Source of the DNA: Verrucomicrobiota bacterium
GTDB lineage: Bacteria; Verrucomicrobiota; Verrucomicrobiia; Limisphaerales; UBA11358
Direction of reading: 5' to 3'
NCBI GenBank assembly: GCA_049521735.1
Contig: JBEKON010000001.1
Span: 98,604-162,603, forward strand
DNA length: 64,000 nt
How positions within the stretch are numbered: position 1 is the stretch's first letter; each line of letters starts with the position of its first letter. Shown here in pieces: positions 8,998-17,223 of this stretch. The notes under the pieces were generated by a model. It did no database searches and was not told the DNA's origin. It saw nothing but the letters and a program-made list of their open reading frames with translations. The position numbers were made by a program, and so were the translations under genes.

Positions 8998-9618
8998 TTA
9001 CCGTCGCGCCTGCAGACTACGCACCGCGAAAAACTTCTCGGCGTATTTGCCGAGCAAATCGGCCTCCAAATTCACCGCATCGCCAACTTTGCGTTCGCGC
9101 AATGCCGTGACTTCGTAGGTGTGCGGGATAATCCAGACGCGGAAACTTTTTTTCTGCACGCTGGCTACGGTGAGGCTGATGCCATCCACGGCGACCGAAC
9201 CTTTGAAGACGATATAACGCATCACTTCTGCCGGCGCGGCTATGTCCAAAACAAAATCCGCACCGGATTGTTCCCAGCGGATGATTTTGCCGACGCCGTC
9301 AATGTGCCCGGTCACGAAATGGCCGCCAAACTCGCCGCTCGCGCGCAGCGGACGTTCCAAATTCACCAGCGAACCGGGCTCTGCGAATTGCAAATTCGTC
9401 CGCTTCCACGTCTCCCGCAGCAAATCAAACTGAACCAGTTTGTTTTTTCCACGCGGAGAAACTTTCACGGCTGTCAGACAACAGCCGTTGACAGCCAGGC
9501 TGCCTCCGGATTTCAAGCCGCGTCCAGTGACGCCGGCGCGCACGGTCAATTCGATGGATTTCGCCGTCGGTTTGATCCGCTCGACGATTCCTGTTTCTTC
9601 AACGATACCGGTGAACAT
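8998..9618 (-). CDS. ribE: Riboflavin synthase alpha chain
   Basis: Starts MFTGIVEETG; two lumazine-binding repeats (GSLAVNGCCLT / GSVAVDGISLT). Confidence 0.9.
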   Translation of the reverse strand: MFTGIVEETGIVERIKPTAKSIELTVRAGVTGRGLKSGGSLAVNGCCLTAVKVSPRGKNKLVQFDLLRETWKRTNLQFAEPGSLVNLERPLRASGEFGGHFVTGHIDGVGKIIRWEQSGADFVLDIAAPAEVMRYIVFKGSVAVDGISLTVASVQKKSFRVWIIPHTYEVTALRERKVGDAVNLEADLLGKYAEKFFAVRSLQARR

Positions 9619-9626
9619 CAGGTGTA

Positions 9627-9655
9627 GTTTCAAGTTTCAGGTTTCAAGTTTCAAG
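9627..9655. repeat. Intergenic heptamer array (GTTTCAA/GTTTCAG x4)
   Basis: gtttcaagtttcaggtttcaagtttcaag between the ribE start and the ribD stop. Confidence 0.9.
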
Positions 9656-9693
9656 CAGACAAATTGTCCCCGAAAAATGCGATGGTTTTGAAT

Positions 9694-10896
9694 TTAATCA
9701 ACACGTGCCGTCAGCAACAAATCCGGTCCGAGCCGCCTCCACTCGACGTTGCGAAGCCGGAGCGCCTCCGCCAGACTTTTCGCGCCGCCACCCGCGACCG
9801 CTTTGCGTGAGTCGCGTCCGCCCAGAATTTTTGGCGCGTAAAAAAACGCGATGCGATGTGCAAAACCGCCGAGCAGAAACGATGCGTTCACTTCGCCGCC
9901 GCCTTCGACCAGCAGGCTGGTAATATTTTGTGAGCCGAGTTTTTGCAACAGCCAACGCAGGTCAATTTGTTGGTAGGGCACGGTCTCCGCACCGTGCCGC
10001 GGCGCGCTGGGGACAGCGCGCCCTACCTTGATTATGGGCGCGACAAGAACATTCACGCGCCCGGCCAAAGCCGCGACGCGACTTTTCGGCGCGGATTTGC
10101 TCACGACAATCGTCGTCAGCGCCGCAAATTTGTCAGTTACAACTTTTGCCTTCAACGGTGTTCGTGCCATCGAATCCAAAATAATCCGGCGGAGCCGCAA
10201 ATTTTTGTTCTGACTTCTGACTCCTGACTTCTGCCTTCTGAATGTCAGGCTTGGGTTGTCCGCTAGAATCGTGTTGATGCCGACGAGAATCGCGTCGTTG
10301 CCTTGACGCAATTTCATGCCGTGCGCCCGAGCCTGCTTGCCGGTAATCCATTTCGACTCGCCACTCGCCGTGGCGATTTTCCCATCGAGCGTCATTGCCG
10401 CCTTCACGGTCACGAACGGCGTGCGGTGAACAATCCAATGGTTGAATGGTTCATTAAGCCGCTCACATTCATCGGCGAGTCTGGTAGGGACGGCTCGCCG
10501 AGCCGTCCGGTCATCACGGCGCAATAACCCTACCTCTGTTACTGCAATCCCGGCACGTTTCAAAATCCTGAAAGCACGACCGGCATGTTTCGGATTTGGA
10601 TCCGTCGCGCCGACAACCACGCGTTTGATTCCCGCCGCGATGATGGCGTCCGTGCAAGGTGGCGTGCGGCTGTGTGAGCTGCACGGTTCGAGCGTCACGT
10701 AAAGCGTTGCGCCGCGCGGCGAGTGCCCGCGTTTCTGCGCATCGCGGAGCGCTTCGATTTCCGCGTGCGGCAGACCCGCACGCCGGTGCCAGCCGCGCCC
10801 GATGATTTTTCCGCCTTTCGCCAATACCGCGCCGACCATCGGATTGGGCGAAGTCATGCCGTAGCCGCGTTGCGCCAAACTCAAAGCCAGGCGCAT
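9694..10896 (-). CDS. ribD: Bifunctional riboflavin biosynthesis deaminase/reductase RibD, carrying three in-frame repeat insertions
   Basis: MRLALSLAQRGYGMTSPNPMVGAVL, HAEIEAL, LEPC..H..TPPC deaminase motifs plus reductase domain. Start moved to ATG 10896 to clear the ftsY stop. Confidence 0.9.
   Translation of the reverse strand: MRLALSLAQRGYGMTSPNPMVGAVLAKGGKIIGRGWHRRAGLPHAEIEALRDAQKRGHSPRGATLYVTLEPCSSHSRTPPCTDAIIAAGIKRVVVGATDPNPKHAGRAFRILKRAGIAVTEVGLLRRDDRTARRAVPTRLADECERLNEPFNHWIVHRTPFVTVKAAMTLDGKIATASGESKWITGKQARAHGMKLRQGNDAILVGINTILADNPSLTFRRQKSGVRSQNKNLRLRRIILDSMARTPLKAKVVTDKFAALTTIVVSKSAPKSRVAALAGRVNVLVAPIIKVGRAVPSAPRHGAETVPYQQIDLRWLLQKLGSQNITSLLVEGGGEVNASFLLGGFAHRIAFFYAPKILGGRDSRKAVAGGGAKSLAEALRLRNVEWRRLGPDLLLTARVD
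9972..10027 (-). repeat. Type-1 GTAGG...CCTAC double-hairpin element, in frame inside ribD
   Basis: Gene-strand reading ggtagg-gcgcgctg tcccc agcgcgc-...-ggcacggtg cggag accgtgcc-ctacc = VGRAVPSAPRHGAETVPYQ. Confidence 0.9.
10210..10249 (-). repeat. Heptamer array (CTGACTT/CTGACTC/CTGCCTT x5) in frame inside ribD
   Basis: ctgacttctgactcctgacttctgccttctgaatgtcagg; encodes RRQKSGVRSQNKN on the gene strand. Confidence 0.9.
10483..10534 (-). repeat. GTAGG...CCTAC palindromic element (variant) in frame inside ribD
   Basis: ggtagggacggctcgccgagccgtccggtcatcacggcgcaataaccctacc; gene strand reads VGLLRRDDRTARRAVPT. Confidence 0.85.
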
Positions 10897-10906
10897 AAAT
10901 TTCAAA

Positions 10907-11851
10907 TCATTCTTCAAACAACGCCTCCGCAAATTGTTTTGCATCGAACGGCTGCAAATCGTCCGCCTGCTCGCCGAGGCCGACGAATTTAATCGGCAGG
11001 CCGAGTTCCTTCTGAATCGCCACGACCATGCCGCCTTTGCTCGTGCCGTCGAGCTTGGTCACCACCAGCCCGGTGAGCGGCACGGCCTTGTTGAACTCGC
11101 GCGCCTGATTCAGCGCGTTCATGCCGGTCGTCGCATCGAGCACCAGCAACACTTCGTGCGGCGCGCCGGGCAGTTGCCTGCCGATGACGCGATGTAGCTT
11201 CTGCAATTCCTGCATCAGATTGTGCTTGGTGTGCAAGCGTCCGGCGGTGTCTATGAACAGGTAATCCGTCTTGCGCGCCTGCGCAGCAGCAACGGCATCG
11301 TGCGCCACAGCCGCCGCATCCGCGCCATAAGCGTCGGCAATCACTTCAACTTTCAACCGCTGACCCCAAAGCTTGATTTGCTCTATGGCTGCGGCGCGAA
11401 ACGTGTCACACGCGGCGAGCAAGGCGGTTTGCCCGCGCGATTGAACGGCGTGCGCAAGCTTGGCCGCCGTGGTGGTTTTGCCCGTGCCATTGACACCAAC
11501 AATGGAAACGACGGTCGTGCCATGCGGCGCTTTGATTAAATCGGTTTTATTCGATGCCCCCGTCTCCGCCGAAGGCTTCGACGCGGCAAGAAAACTCTTC
11601 TCCACTTCGGCACGAGCGATGGCAAAGACATCCAAGCTGGCGCCGCCCTGCGTTTCATAGTTTTTTTTCACCGCAGCGATAATTTGCGAAGTCATCGCCA
11701 TTCCCAAATCGGCGGCGATGAGCGCGGTTTCGAGTTCTTCGAGCGCGGCGGCGTCGAGCTTCGGCGAGCGCGTGATGACGCGCTTGATTTCGTGCGCCAG
11801 CCTGCCGTGGGTTTTTTGCAGACCGGCTTTGAACTTCTGAAATAGTCCCAT
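10907..11851 (-). CDS. ftsY: Signal recognition particle receptor FtsY
   Basis: [35 protein letters not shown]-GTPase motifs. Confidence 0.9.
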   Translation of the reverse strand: MGLFQKFKAGLQKTHGRLAHEIKRVITRSPKLDAAALEELETALIAADLGMAMTSQIIAAVKKNYETQGGASLDVFAIARAEVEKSFLAASKPSAETGASNKTDLIKAPHGTTVVSIVGVNGTGKTTTAAKLAHAVQSRGQTALLAACDTFRAAAIEQIKLWGQRLKVEVIADAYGADAAAVAHDAVAAAQARKTDYLFIDTAGRLHTKHNLMQELQKLHRVIGRQLPGAPHEVLLVLDATTGMNALNQAREFNKAVPLTGLVVTKLDGTSKGGMVVAIQKELGLPIKFVGLGEQADDLQPFDAKQFAEALFEE

Positions 11852-11887
11852 GTTGTAAATGCAAAATGATGAATGAAGAATGCGGAA

Positions 11888-12739
11888 TTATTTTGGCGTG
11901 GGCGACGAATGTTTTTCGTCCGCTCTTTTTTTCGCCGCAAAGAGTTTTTCGACGTGTTCGTAGGGCAGTTTAATCCTGCCGATGAGCGGTTTGCCCTTGC
12001 TGAAGCCGTGGCAATCGGAGCCGCCGGTCACAAGCAAATGAAATTTGTCCGCGATTTCCAGATAACGCCCGGTCATCGTGGTCGAGTGCTTCGTGTGAAA
12101 ACATTCGAGGCCGTCGAGGCTGGAGTCAACCAGGGCCGGAATCACGTCGTCGGTGCGATTCAATCCCGGATGCGCCATGATCGCGAGGCCGCCGGCCTGA
12201 TGGACGAGTTCAATGGCTTCGAACGCCGATATTTTGGCTTTGGGCACCCACGCCGGACGATTCTTTTTAAGAAAACGCCTGAAAGCCTCGTCCGAATTTG
12301 CGACGAGCCCGGCTTTCACCAGTGCGCGTGCGACGTGCGGTCGACCGGGTGATTTGCAGTTGGCCAGCGCAAAAACAGCTTCGGCCTTCAACGGCATATT
12401 CAATTCATTGAGTCGCGCGACCATTTCGCGAATGCGGTTTTGGCGGACAACCTGAAACCTGGCGATTTCGGTCAGCAATTTTTGGTTCTGCGTGTCCACG
12501 AAATAGCCGAGGATATGCAACTCCGTGTCCTCGTGTTCAGCGGTCAATTCGGTGCCCGGAATGAAGGTAATGCCCGACGCTTCGCACACTTCAGCCATGC
12601 GCGCGCAGCCCTCGACCGAATCGTGATCCGTCAATGAGAGCGCGGCAAAACCGAGTCGCACGCCGTGTCCGACCAATTCCTCCGGCGAAAATGTGCCGTC
12701 GGAAAAATACGTGTGCAAATGCAAATCGGCGAATTTCAT
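11888..12739 (-). CDS. PHP-domain phosphoesterase (TrpH/YciV-like)
   Basis: MKFADLHLHTYFSDGTFSPEELV..., LSLTDHDS, GGSDCHG. Confidence 0.8.
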   Translation of the reverse strand: MKFADLHLHTYFSDGTFSPEELVGHGVRLGFAALSLTDHDSVEGCARMAEVCEASGITFIPGTELTAEHEDTELHILGYFVDTQNQKLLTEIARFQVVRQNRIREMVARLNELNMPLKAEAVFALANCKSPGRPHVARALVKAGLVANSDEAFRRFLKKNRPAWVPKAKISAFEAIELVHQAGGLAIMAHPGLNRTDDVIPALVDSSLDGLECFHTKHSTTMTGRYLEIADKFHLLVTGGSDCHGFSKGKPLIGRIKLPYEHVEKLFAAKKRADEKHSSPTPK

Positions 12740-13236
12740 TTAACGATTCTTGCCGGACGCATGAGTTCGCTCCGGATTTTGTCCAAAATGCCGTTCACAA
12801 ACTTGCCGCTGTCCTGCGTTGAGAATTTTTTGGCGATGTCCACCGCCTCGTTGATGCTGACAATGGGTGGAATGTCCTCGCGATACAGCATCTCGTAAAT
12901 CGCCAGCCGCATGATGTTGCGGTCCACGGTGGCGATGCGGTGCAGTTCCCAATTTTTTGCGTGGCCTTTGATTTTTTCGTCAATGGCGTCGCGATGCTCG
13001 ATGACGCCGTGAATCAGCGGGTCGGCGAACAACCGCATTTCAGCTTCCTCGGCCGTTGGCGGCGGCAACTCGACCGGTTGTCCCCAGGTTGCCGGCCCTT
13101 TTTCCTCGGCGATGGCGGCGGCGCGTTGCGTCTGCCAAAATTCCTCCAGCGCCCGGTTCAAATCCTCCGGTGGATTCAAATCGTGCTGAAACAAAAACTG
13201 CACGGCGTGTTCACGCGCCTCGCGTCGCTTGCCCAT
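12736..13236 (-). CDS. nusB: Transcription antitermination factor NusB
   Basis: MGKRREAREHAVQFLFQ..., IDRNIMRLAIYEMLY..DIPPIVSINEAVDIAKKF. Confidence 0.9.
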   Translation of the reverse strand: MGKRREAREHAVQFLFQHDLNPPEDLNRALEEFWQTQRAAAIAEEKGPATWGQPVELPPPTAEEAEMRLFADPLIHGVIEHRDAIDEKIKGHAKNWELHRIATVDRNIMRLAIYEMLYREDIPPIVSINEAVDIAKKFSTQDSGKFVNGILDKIRSELMRPARIVK

Positions 13237-13417
13237 AAACTTAAGTTTAACAGTATGACCTGTCCAAAGTCCATCCGCCTTCGCAAGGCTACGGCGAGAT
13301 TAAAAGTCTAAAGCTCGCCTCGGCGGAGCCTTCAGCGAAGCCTGGGTCCAAAGTCAAACAATGCGACGCAACTTTGGACATTGGACATCGAACATTGGAC
13401 TTGTTAAAACTTCGCGC

Positions 13418-13801
13418 ATGAGCAAAGTCCGAAAACTCCTGCATACGCGCTATCGCGTCAACGATTTGGAACGCACAGTGAAATTTTACCGCGACGTGCT
13501 TGGCCTCGATGAAATCCGGCGGCACAAATCGCCGCGCGGCTCGGAACTTGTCTTTCTCAAGGCGCCGGAAAGCGACGAACAAATTGAAATCTGCCATTTT
13601 CCCGGCAGCGATTCCGTGCAAGTCCAGCCCGATCTCACGCATCTCGCGTTTGAAGTGGACAGCCTCGAAGAATTCGGCAGGCACCTTGCCAAACACGGCA
13701 TGAAATACTCCGACGGCCCGACCACGACTTCCAACGGAACAACTTTCGCCTTCATTGACGCGCCAGAAGGTTACGAAATCGAATTGATTCAAAAAAAGTG
13801 A
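13418..13801 (+). CDS. VOC/glyoxalase I family protein (lactoylglutathione lyase-like)
   Basis: LLHTRYRVNDLERTVKFYRDVLGL...HLAFEVDSLEE...FIDAPEGYEIELIQ; start taken at ATG 13418. Confidence 0.75.
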   Translation: MSKVRKLLHTRYRVNDLERTVKFYRDVLGLDEIRRHKSPRGSELVFLKAPESDEQIEICHFPGSDSVQVQPDLTHLAFEVDSLEEFGRHLAKHGMKYSDGPTTTSNGTTFAFIDAPEGYEIELIQKK

Positions 13802-13813
13802 GCGCCGTTGCAA

Positions 13814-13845
13814 CTTAAAACTCAAAATTCATAATTCAAAATTAA
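13814..13845 (+). repeat. Intergenic AAAACTC-type heptamer array, same family as 1268 and 1606
   Basis: cttaaaactcaaaattcataattcaaaattaa. Confidence 0.85.
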
Positions 13846-13851
13846 TTTGAA

Positions 13852-14751
13852 ATGAGCATTCTCATTGTCGGTTCGACGGCGTTGGATTCCATCAGGACTC
13901 CGACGGCAAAAAATCCGCGCCTGCTGGGCGGCTCGGCCAGCCACGCGGCAGTCGCGGCGAGTTTTTTCAGTCCGGTGAAATTGATTGGCGTTGTCGGCGA
14001 CGATTTCCCCAAAAAATACATCCGGCTTTATCGCCGACACAAAATTGATCTCGAAGGCCTGCAGATTTTACCCGGCAAAACGTTTCACTGGTCGGGCGAA
14101 TATGAGGCGAACATGAACAATCGCCGCACGCTGCTGACCGAGCTGGGCGTGTTCGAGACATTCACGCCCAAACTGCCGAAGGCGCATCGAAACACCCAAT
14201 TCGTCCTGCTGGCGAACATTGCGCCGGCGCTCCAGCATCACGTGCTCAACCAGATGAGGCGGCCCAAATTCGTCGTGGCCGACACGATGGACTTGTGGCT
14301 GAACATCGCGCTGCCGGATTTGCTGAAGCTGCTCAAGCGCATTGACGGCTTTGTGCTCAACGACAGCGAGGCGTACCAGTTGACGAAGGAAAGCAACGTG
14401 TTCGCCGCGCTCAAAAAAATCCACAAGCTGGGACCAAAGTATGTGATCATAAAAAAAGGTTCGCACGGTTCGATTTTGTCCGGACCGCGCGGCTATTTCA
14501 TTTGCCCGGCATATCCGCTGCACGCCGTCGAAGATCCGACCGGCGCCGGCGATTCGTTCGTGGGCGGCATGATGGGTTATCTGGCGACGGCGAAGGGTTC
14601 GATTGATGACAACATCCGGCGCGCCATGGTTTACGGCAGCGTTGTGGCGGCATTTTGCTGCGAAGGCTTTGGCCTGACCCGCACCACGAAAATCAAACGC
14701 GCCCACATTGACCGCCGCGTGAAGGAATTGGAGAGGTTGACCAAGTTTTAA
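13852..14751 (+). CDS. PfkB-family carbohydrate/nucleoside kinase
   Basis: LLGGSASHAA..., C-terminal DPTGAGDSFVGGMMGYL motif. Confidence 0.8.
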   Translation: MSILIVGSTALDSIRTPTAKNPRLLGGSASHAAVAASFFSPVKLIGVVGDDFPKKYIRLYRRHKIDLEGLQILPGKTFHWSGEYEANMNNRRTLLTELGVFETFTPKLPKAHRNTQFVLLANIAPALQHHVLNQMRRPKFVVADTMDLWLNIALPDLLKLLKRIDGFVLNDSEAYQLTKESNVFAALKKIHKLGPKYVIIKKGSHGSILSGPRGYFICPAYPLHAVEDPTGAGDSFVGGMMGYLATAKGSIDDNIRRAMVYGSVVAAFCCEGFGLTRTTKIKRAHIDRRVKELERLTKF

Positions 14752-14770
14752 GAGGAAAATATGTCGGCGC

Positions 14771-14843
14771 TTTCGGAGGGCGGAGCCCTGCGACGCCCTA
14801 ACTGTCTGGAATATGGGGGCTTGTGGAACTCGCCCCTCCGAAA
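14771..14843. repeat. Palindromic element with TTTCGGAGGG...CCCCTCCGAAA termini
   Basis: tttcggagggcggagccctgcgacgccctaactgtctggaatatgggggcttgtggaactcgcccctccgaaa between convergent genes; related copy at 30423. Confidence 0.85.
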
Positions 14844-14844
14844 T

Positions 14845-15744
14845 TCAACGGTCGCGCTTCAAAAGAAATTCAGCCAGCGCTTCGAGGGCGATGGCTTTGC
14901 CTTTGAAAATTTTTAGCGCGGCAAAGGCTTTGGCTGTCAGTTGCTCGGCAATTTTCCGCGATTTTTCCAGACCGACAATCGCCGGGTAGGTCGCCTTTTG
15001 CGCCTGCGTGTCTTTGCCCGCCGTTTTGCCGAGTTGCTCGCTCGTCTGCGTCACGTCCAGAATGTCGTCAATCACCTGAAAGGCGAGCCCGACGTGATAG
15101 CCGAAATCCGTCAGCGCCTTGAGTTGCGCGGACGTGCAGTTGGCGCTCATGCCGCCGAGCCGGACGGAACAACACAACAGCGCGGAGGTCTTGCGCTCGT
15201 GAATGTAGCGGAGTTCGTTCGCGGAAAGTTTTTTGCCTTCGCTTTCCAAATCCGCGACCTGCCCGGCGACGAGTTGGAGTGAGCCGGACGCTTTGGCGAT
15301 TTCCAGAATGAGGTCGCGGTGCGGATAGCGCGGCCAGCCTTTGGCTTGCGTGGCGATTTCAAACGCCTGTGTCAGCAATGCGTCGCCTGCGAGCACGGCG
15401 ATGCCTTCGCCGAAGACCTTGTGGTTGGTCGGCTTGCCACGGCGGAAATCGTCGTTGTCCATCCCGGGCAAATCATCGTGGATGAGCGAATAGGTGTGGA
15501 TGCACTCAACGGCGCACGCGAGCGGCATGGCGGCAGCGTCGCTGCCTCCACAAGCTTCGGCAGCGGCAAGGCAAAGCGCGGGGCGCATTCGTTTGCCGCC
15601 GGCAAAGAGCGAATAGCGCATGGCTTTGTGAATGGTGACGGGCCTGGTTTTTTCGGGAGGCAGGAATTTGTCGAGCGCGACATTGACGGCTTTGGTGCGC
15701 GCGGCCAGGAATTGCTGCAAATTGAATGGGTTTTTGGCGGACAT
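14845..15744 (-). CDS. ispA: Polyprenyl (farnesyl/geranylgeranyl) diphosphate synthase
   Basis: LIHDDLPGMDNDDFRRGKPT and FQVIDDILD Asp-rich motifs; start taken at ATG 15744. Confidence 0.85.
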   Translation of the reverse strand: MSAKNPFNLQQFLAARTKAVNVALDKFLPPEKTRPVTIHKAMRYSLFAGGKRMRPALCLAAAEACGGSDAAAMPLACAVECIHTYSLIHDDLPGMDNDDFRRGKPTNHKVFGEGIAVLAGDALLTQAFEIATQAKGWPRYPHRDLILEIAKASGSLQLVAGQVADLESEGKKLSANELRYIHERKTSALLCCSVRLGGMSANCTSAQLKALTDFGYHVGLAFQVIDDILDVTQTSEQLGKTAGKDTQAQKATYPAIVGLEKSRKIAEQLTAKAFAALKIFKGKAIALEALAEFLLKRDR

Positions 15745-15857
15745 GACGGTTTGTTTTAGAAAACGTCCCCAACCGGCGCAAGTTTTAAGGAGGTTTTTCT
15801 TATTGCCTTCAGGCCGTTCACGATTAGAATCCCCAGTTCCGCTTATCAAAACATATT

Positions 15858-16112
15858 GTGAACGCTGAACTTTGCAAAAGAGCCGCCGAGAAAGTCGGCA
15901 ATCCGAACGTGCTGGTGAACCTCCTTTCGCGCCGTGTGCGCCAGCTCAATTCCGGCGGCGGCGGCTCGAGCCGTCCGCTGATTGGCGATGTGGGGAATCT
16001 CGGCGTAGCGGACATCGCGTTGCGTGAAATTCTTGAGGACAAAATGGGCTGGGACGTGCCGGAGCCGATCGAATTGCTCCGTCCGCAAGCCAAGAAACGC
16101 AAAAAGCGTTAA
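15858..16112 (+). CDS. rpoZ: RNA polymerase omega subunit
   Basis: 84 aa; NPNVLVNLLSRRVRQL...ADIALREI. Confidence 0.8.
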   Translation: MNAELCKRAAEKVGNPNVLVNLLSRRVRQLNSGGGGSSRPLIGDVGNLGVADIALREILEDKMGWDVPEPIELLRPQAKKRKKR

Positions 16113-16124
16113 ATGTCCGTTTCC

Positions 16125-16209
16125 GTAGGAGCCGAGGTGACGAGGCTCTGACAGGTTTTCAATTTCTGATTTCCACTTTAGAAGTGAGCCTCCTTACGTC
16201 GGCTCCTAC
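16125..16209. repeat. GTAGGAGCC...GGCTCCTAC palindromic element (type 3)
   Basis: gtaggagccgaggtgacgaggctc...gagcctccttacgtcggctcctac followed by a T-run; likely also acts as the rpoZ terminator. Confidence 0.85.
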
Positions 16210-16257
16210 ATTTTTTAATCTGTGAAATCCGCGTCATCTGCGGATAGACTCAAACCC

Positions 16258-16716
16258 ATGGCCGACATCATGACCAATCACAAAGCCCGGCGCGATTATC
16301 ACATCCTCGAAACGTTCGAAGCGGGCATCGTGTTGCGCGGCACGGAGGTCAAATCGCTGCGCGCGGGCAAGGGGCAGATCGCCGACGCCTTTGCGCGCGT
16401 GGAAAAGGACGAGGTCTGGCTTTACAACGCGCACATTGACGAATACTCGCACGGCAATCTCCAGAACCATCAGCCCAAGGCCCCGCGCAAATTGCTCCTG
16501 CACAAATCGGAAATCCAGAAGCTGTTTGGTCTGGCAGCGGTAAAAGGCCACGCGCTCGTGCCGCTGGCGTTTTACTGGAAGAACGGGAAGGTGAAGGTCG
16601 CGCTCGCCGTCGGCAAAGGCAAACAGCAATTCGACAAGCGCGAAGATTTAAAACGGCGCGAGTCGGAACGCGAACTCAAGCGCGCCCAGATGCACCGGTT
16701 TAAGGGAGGAAAATAA
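16258..16716 (+). CDS. smpB: SsrA-binding protein SmpB
   Basis: NHKARRDYHILETFEAGIVLRGTEVKSLR...; start at ATG 16258. Confidence 0.9.
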   Translation: MADIMTNHKARRDYHILETFEAGIVLRGTEVKSLRAGKGQIADAFARVEKDEVWLYNAHIDEYSHGNLQNHQPKAPRKLLLHKSEIQKLFGLAAVKGHALVPLAFYWKNGKVKVALAVGKGKQQFDKREDLKRRESERELKRAQMHRFKGGK

Positions 16717-16717
16717 A

Positions 16718-16798
16718 ACCGCAGAGGCGCGGAGATGCAGAGAAGATACGAAAAATTTGATTGGTAATTTTTACTCTGCGCCTTTGCGTCTCCGCGGT
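16718..16798. repeat. Long hairpin with period-8 arms (GCGCGGAG/ATGCAGAG vs CTCTGCGC/CTTTGCGT/CTCCGCGG); probable bidirectional terminator
   Basis: accgcagaggcgcggagatgcagagaag ... ttactctgcgcctttgcgtctccgcggt between convergent smpB and rpmB. Confidence 0.8.
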
Positions 16799-16802
16799 GA
16801 AA

Positions 16803-17072
16803 TCAAACCTTTGCTTCGGCGGGCTTCTTCCAATTCCGCTTGGGCGCCTTGGTGATGAGACCTTTTTTAATTGCGCTGGCGGAAACAGAGATGTAACGCA
16901 CTTCGCCGCTGGGGAAAATGGCCTTTACGCGCTGCAAATTCGGCAGGAAACGGCGCTTGGTGATGGCCGTGATGTGTGTGCCGATGCCGCCCTGTTTCTT
17001 GGGCTTGCCACTGCGCCAGATGATGCTGCCCTTCATCGGGCGTTTGCCGGTCAGTTCACAAATTCGTGCCAT
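16803..17072 (-). CDS. rpmB: 50S ribosomal protein L28
   Basis: MARICELTGKRPMKG...TKRRFLPNLQ; start at ATG 17072. Confidence 0.85.
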   Translation of the reverse strand: MARICELTGKRPMKGSIIWRSGKPKKQGGIGTHITAITKRRFLPNLQRVKAIFPSGEVRYISVSASAIKKGLITKAPKRNWKKPAEAKV

Positions 17073-17223
17073 AACAATTTCGTAAAAATCAAGGAGCGCG
17101 GAAGGTAGCAGCCAATCGCCCTGTTGCAAGCATTATTTCCGGGGGATTTTGCTTTGGATCTTCACCCGAAGTTTGAAAAAAGGGCTTGGCTTTACGGAGC
17201 GATTGCCGTTGTCTTTGGTTTGC

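Noticed and set aside
9619-10944. FMN riboswitch upstream of the riboflavin genes
   Set aside because: ribD starts 11 nt after the ftsY stop codon, and the ribE leader is only ~75 nt and is occupied by a heptamer array. I saw no FMN-element-like conserved sequence.
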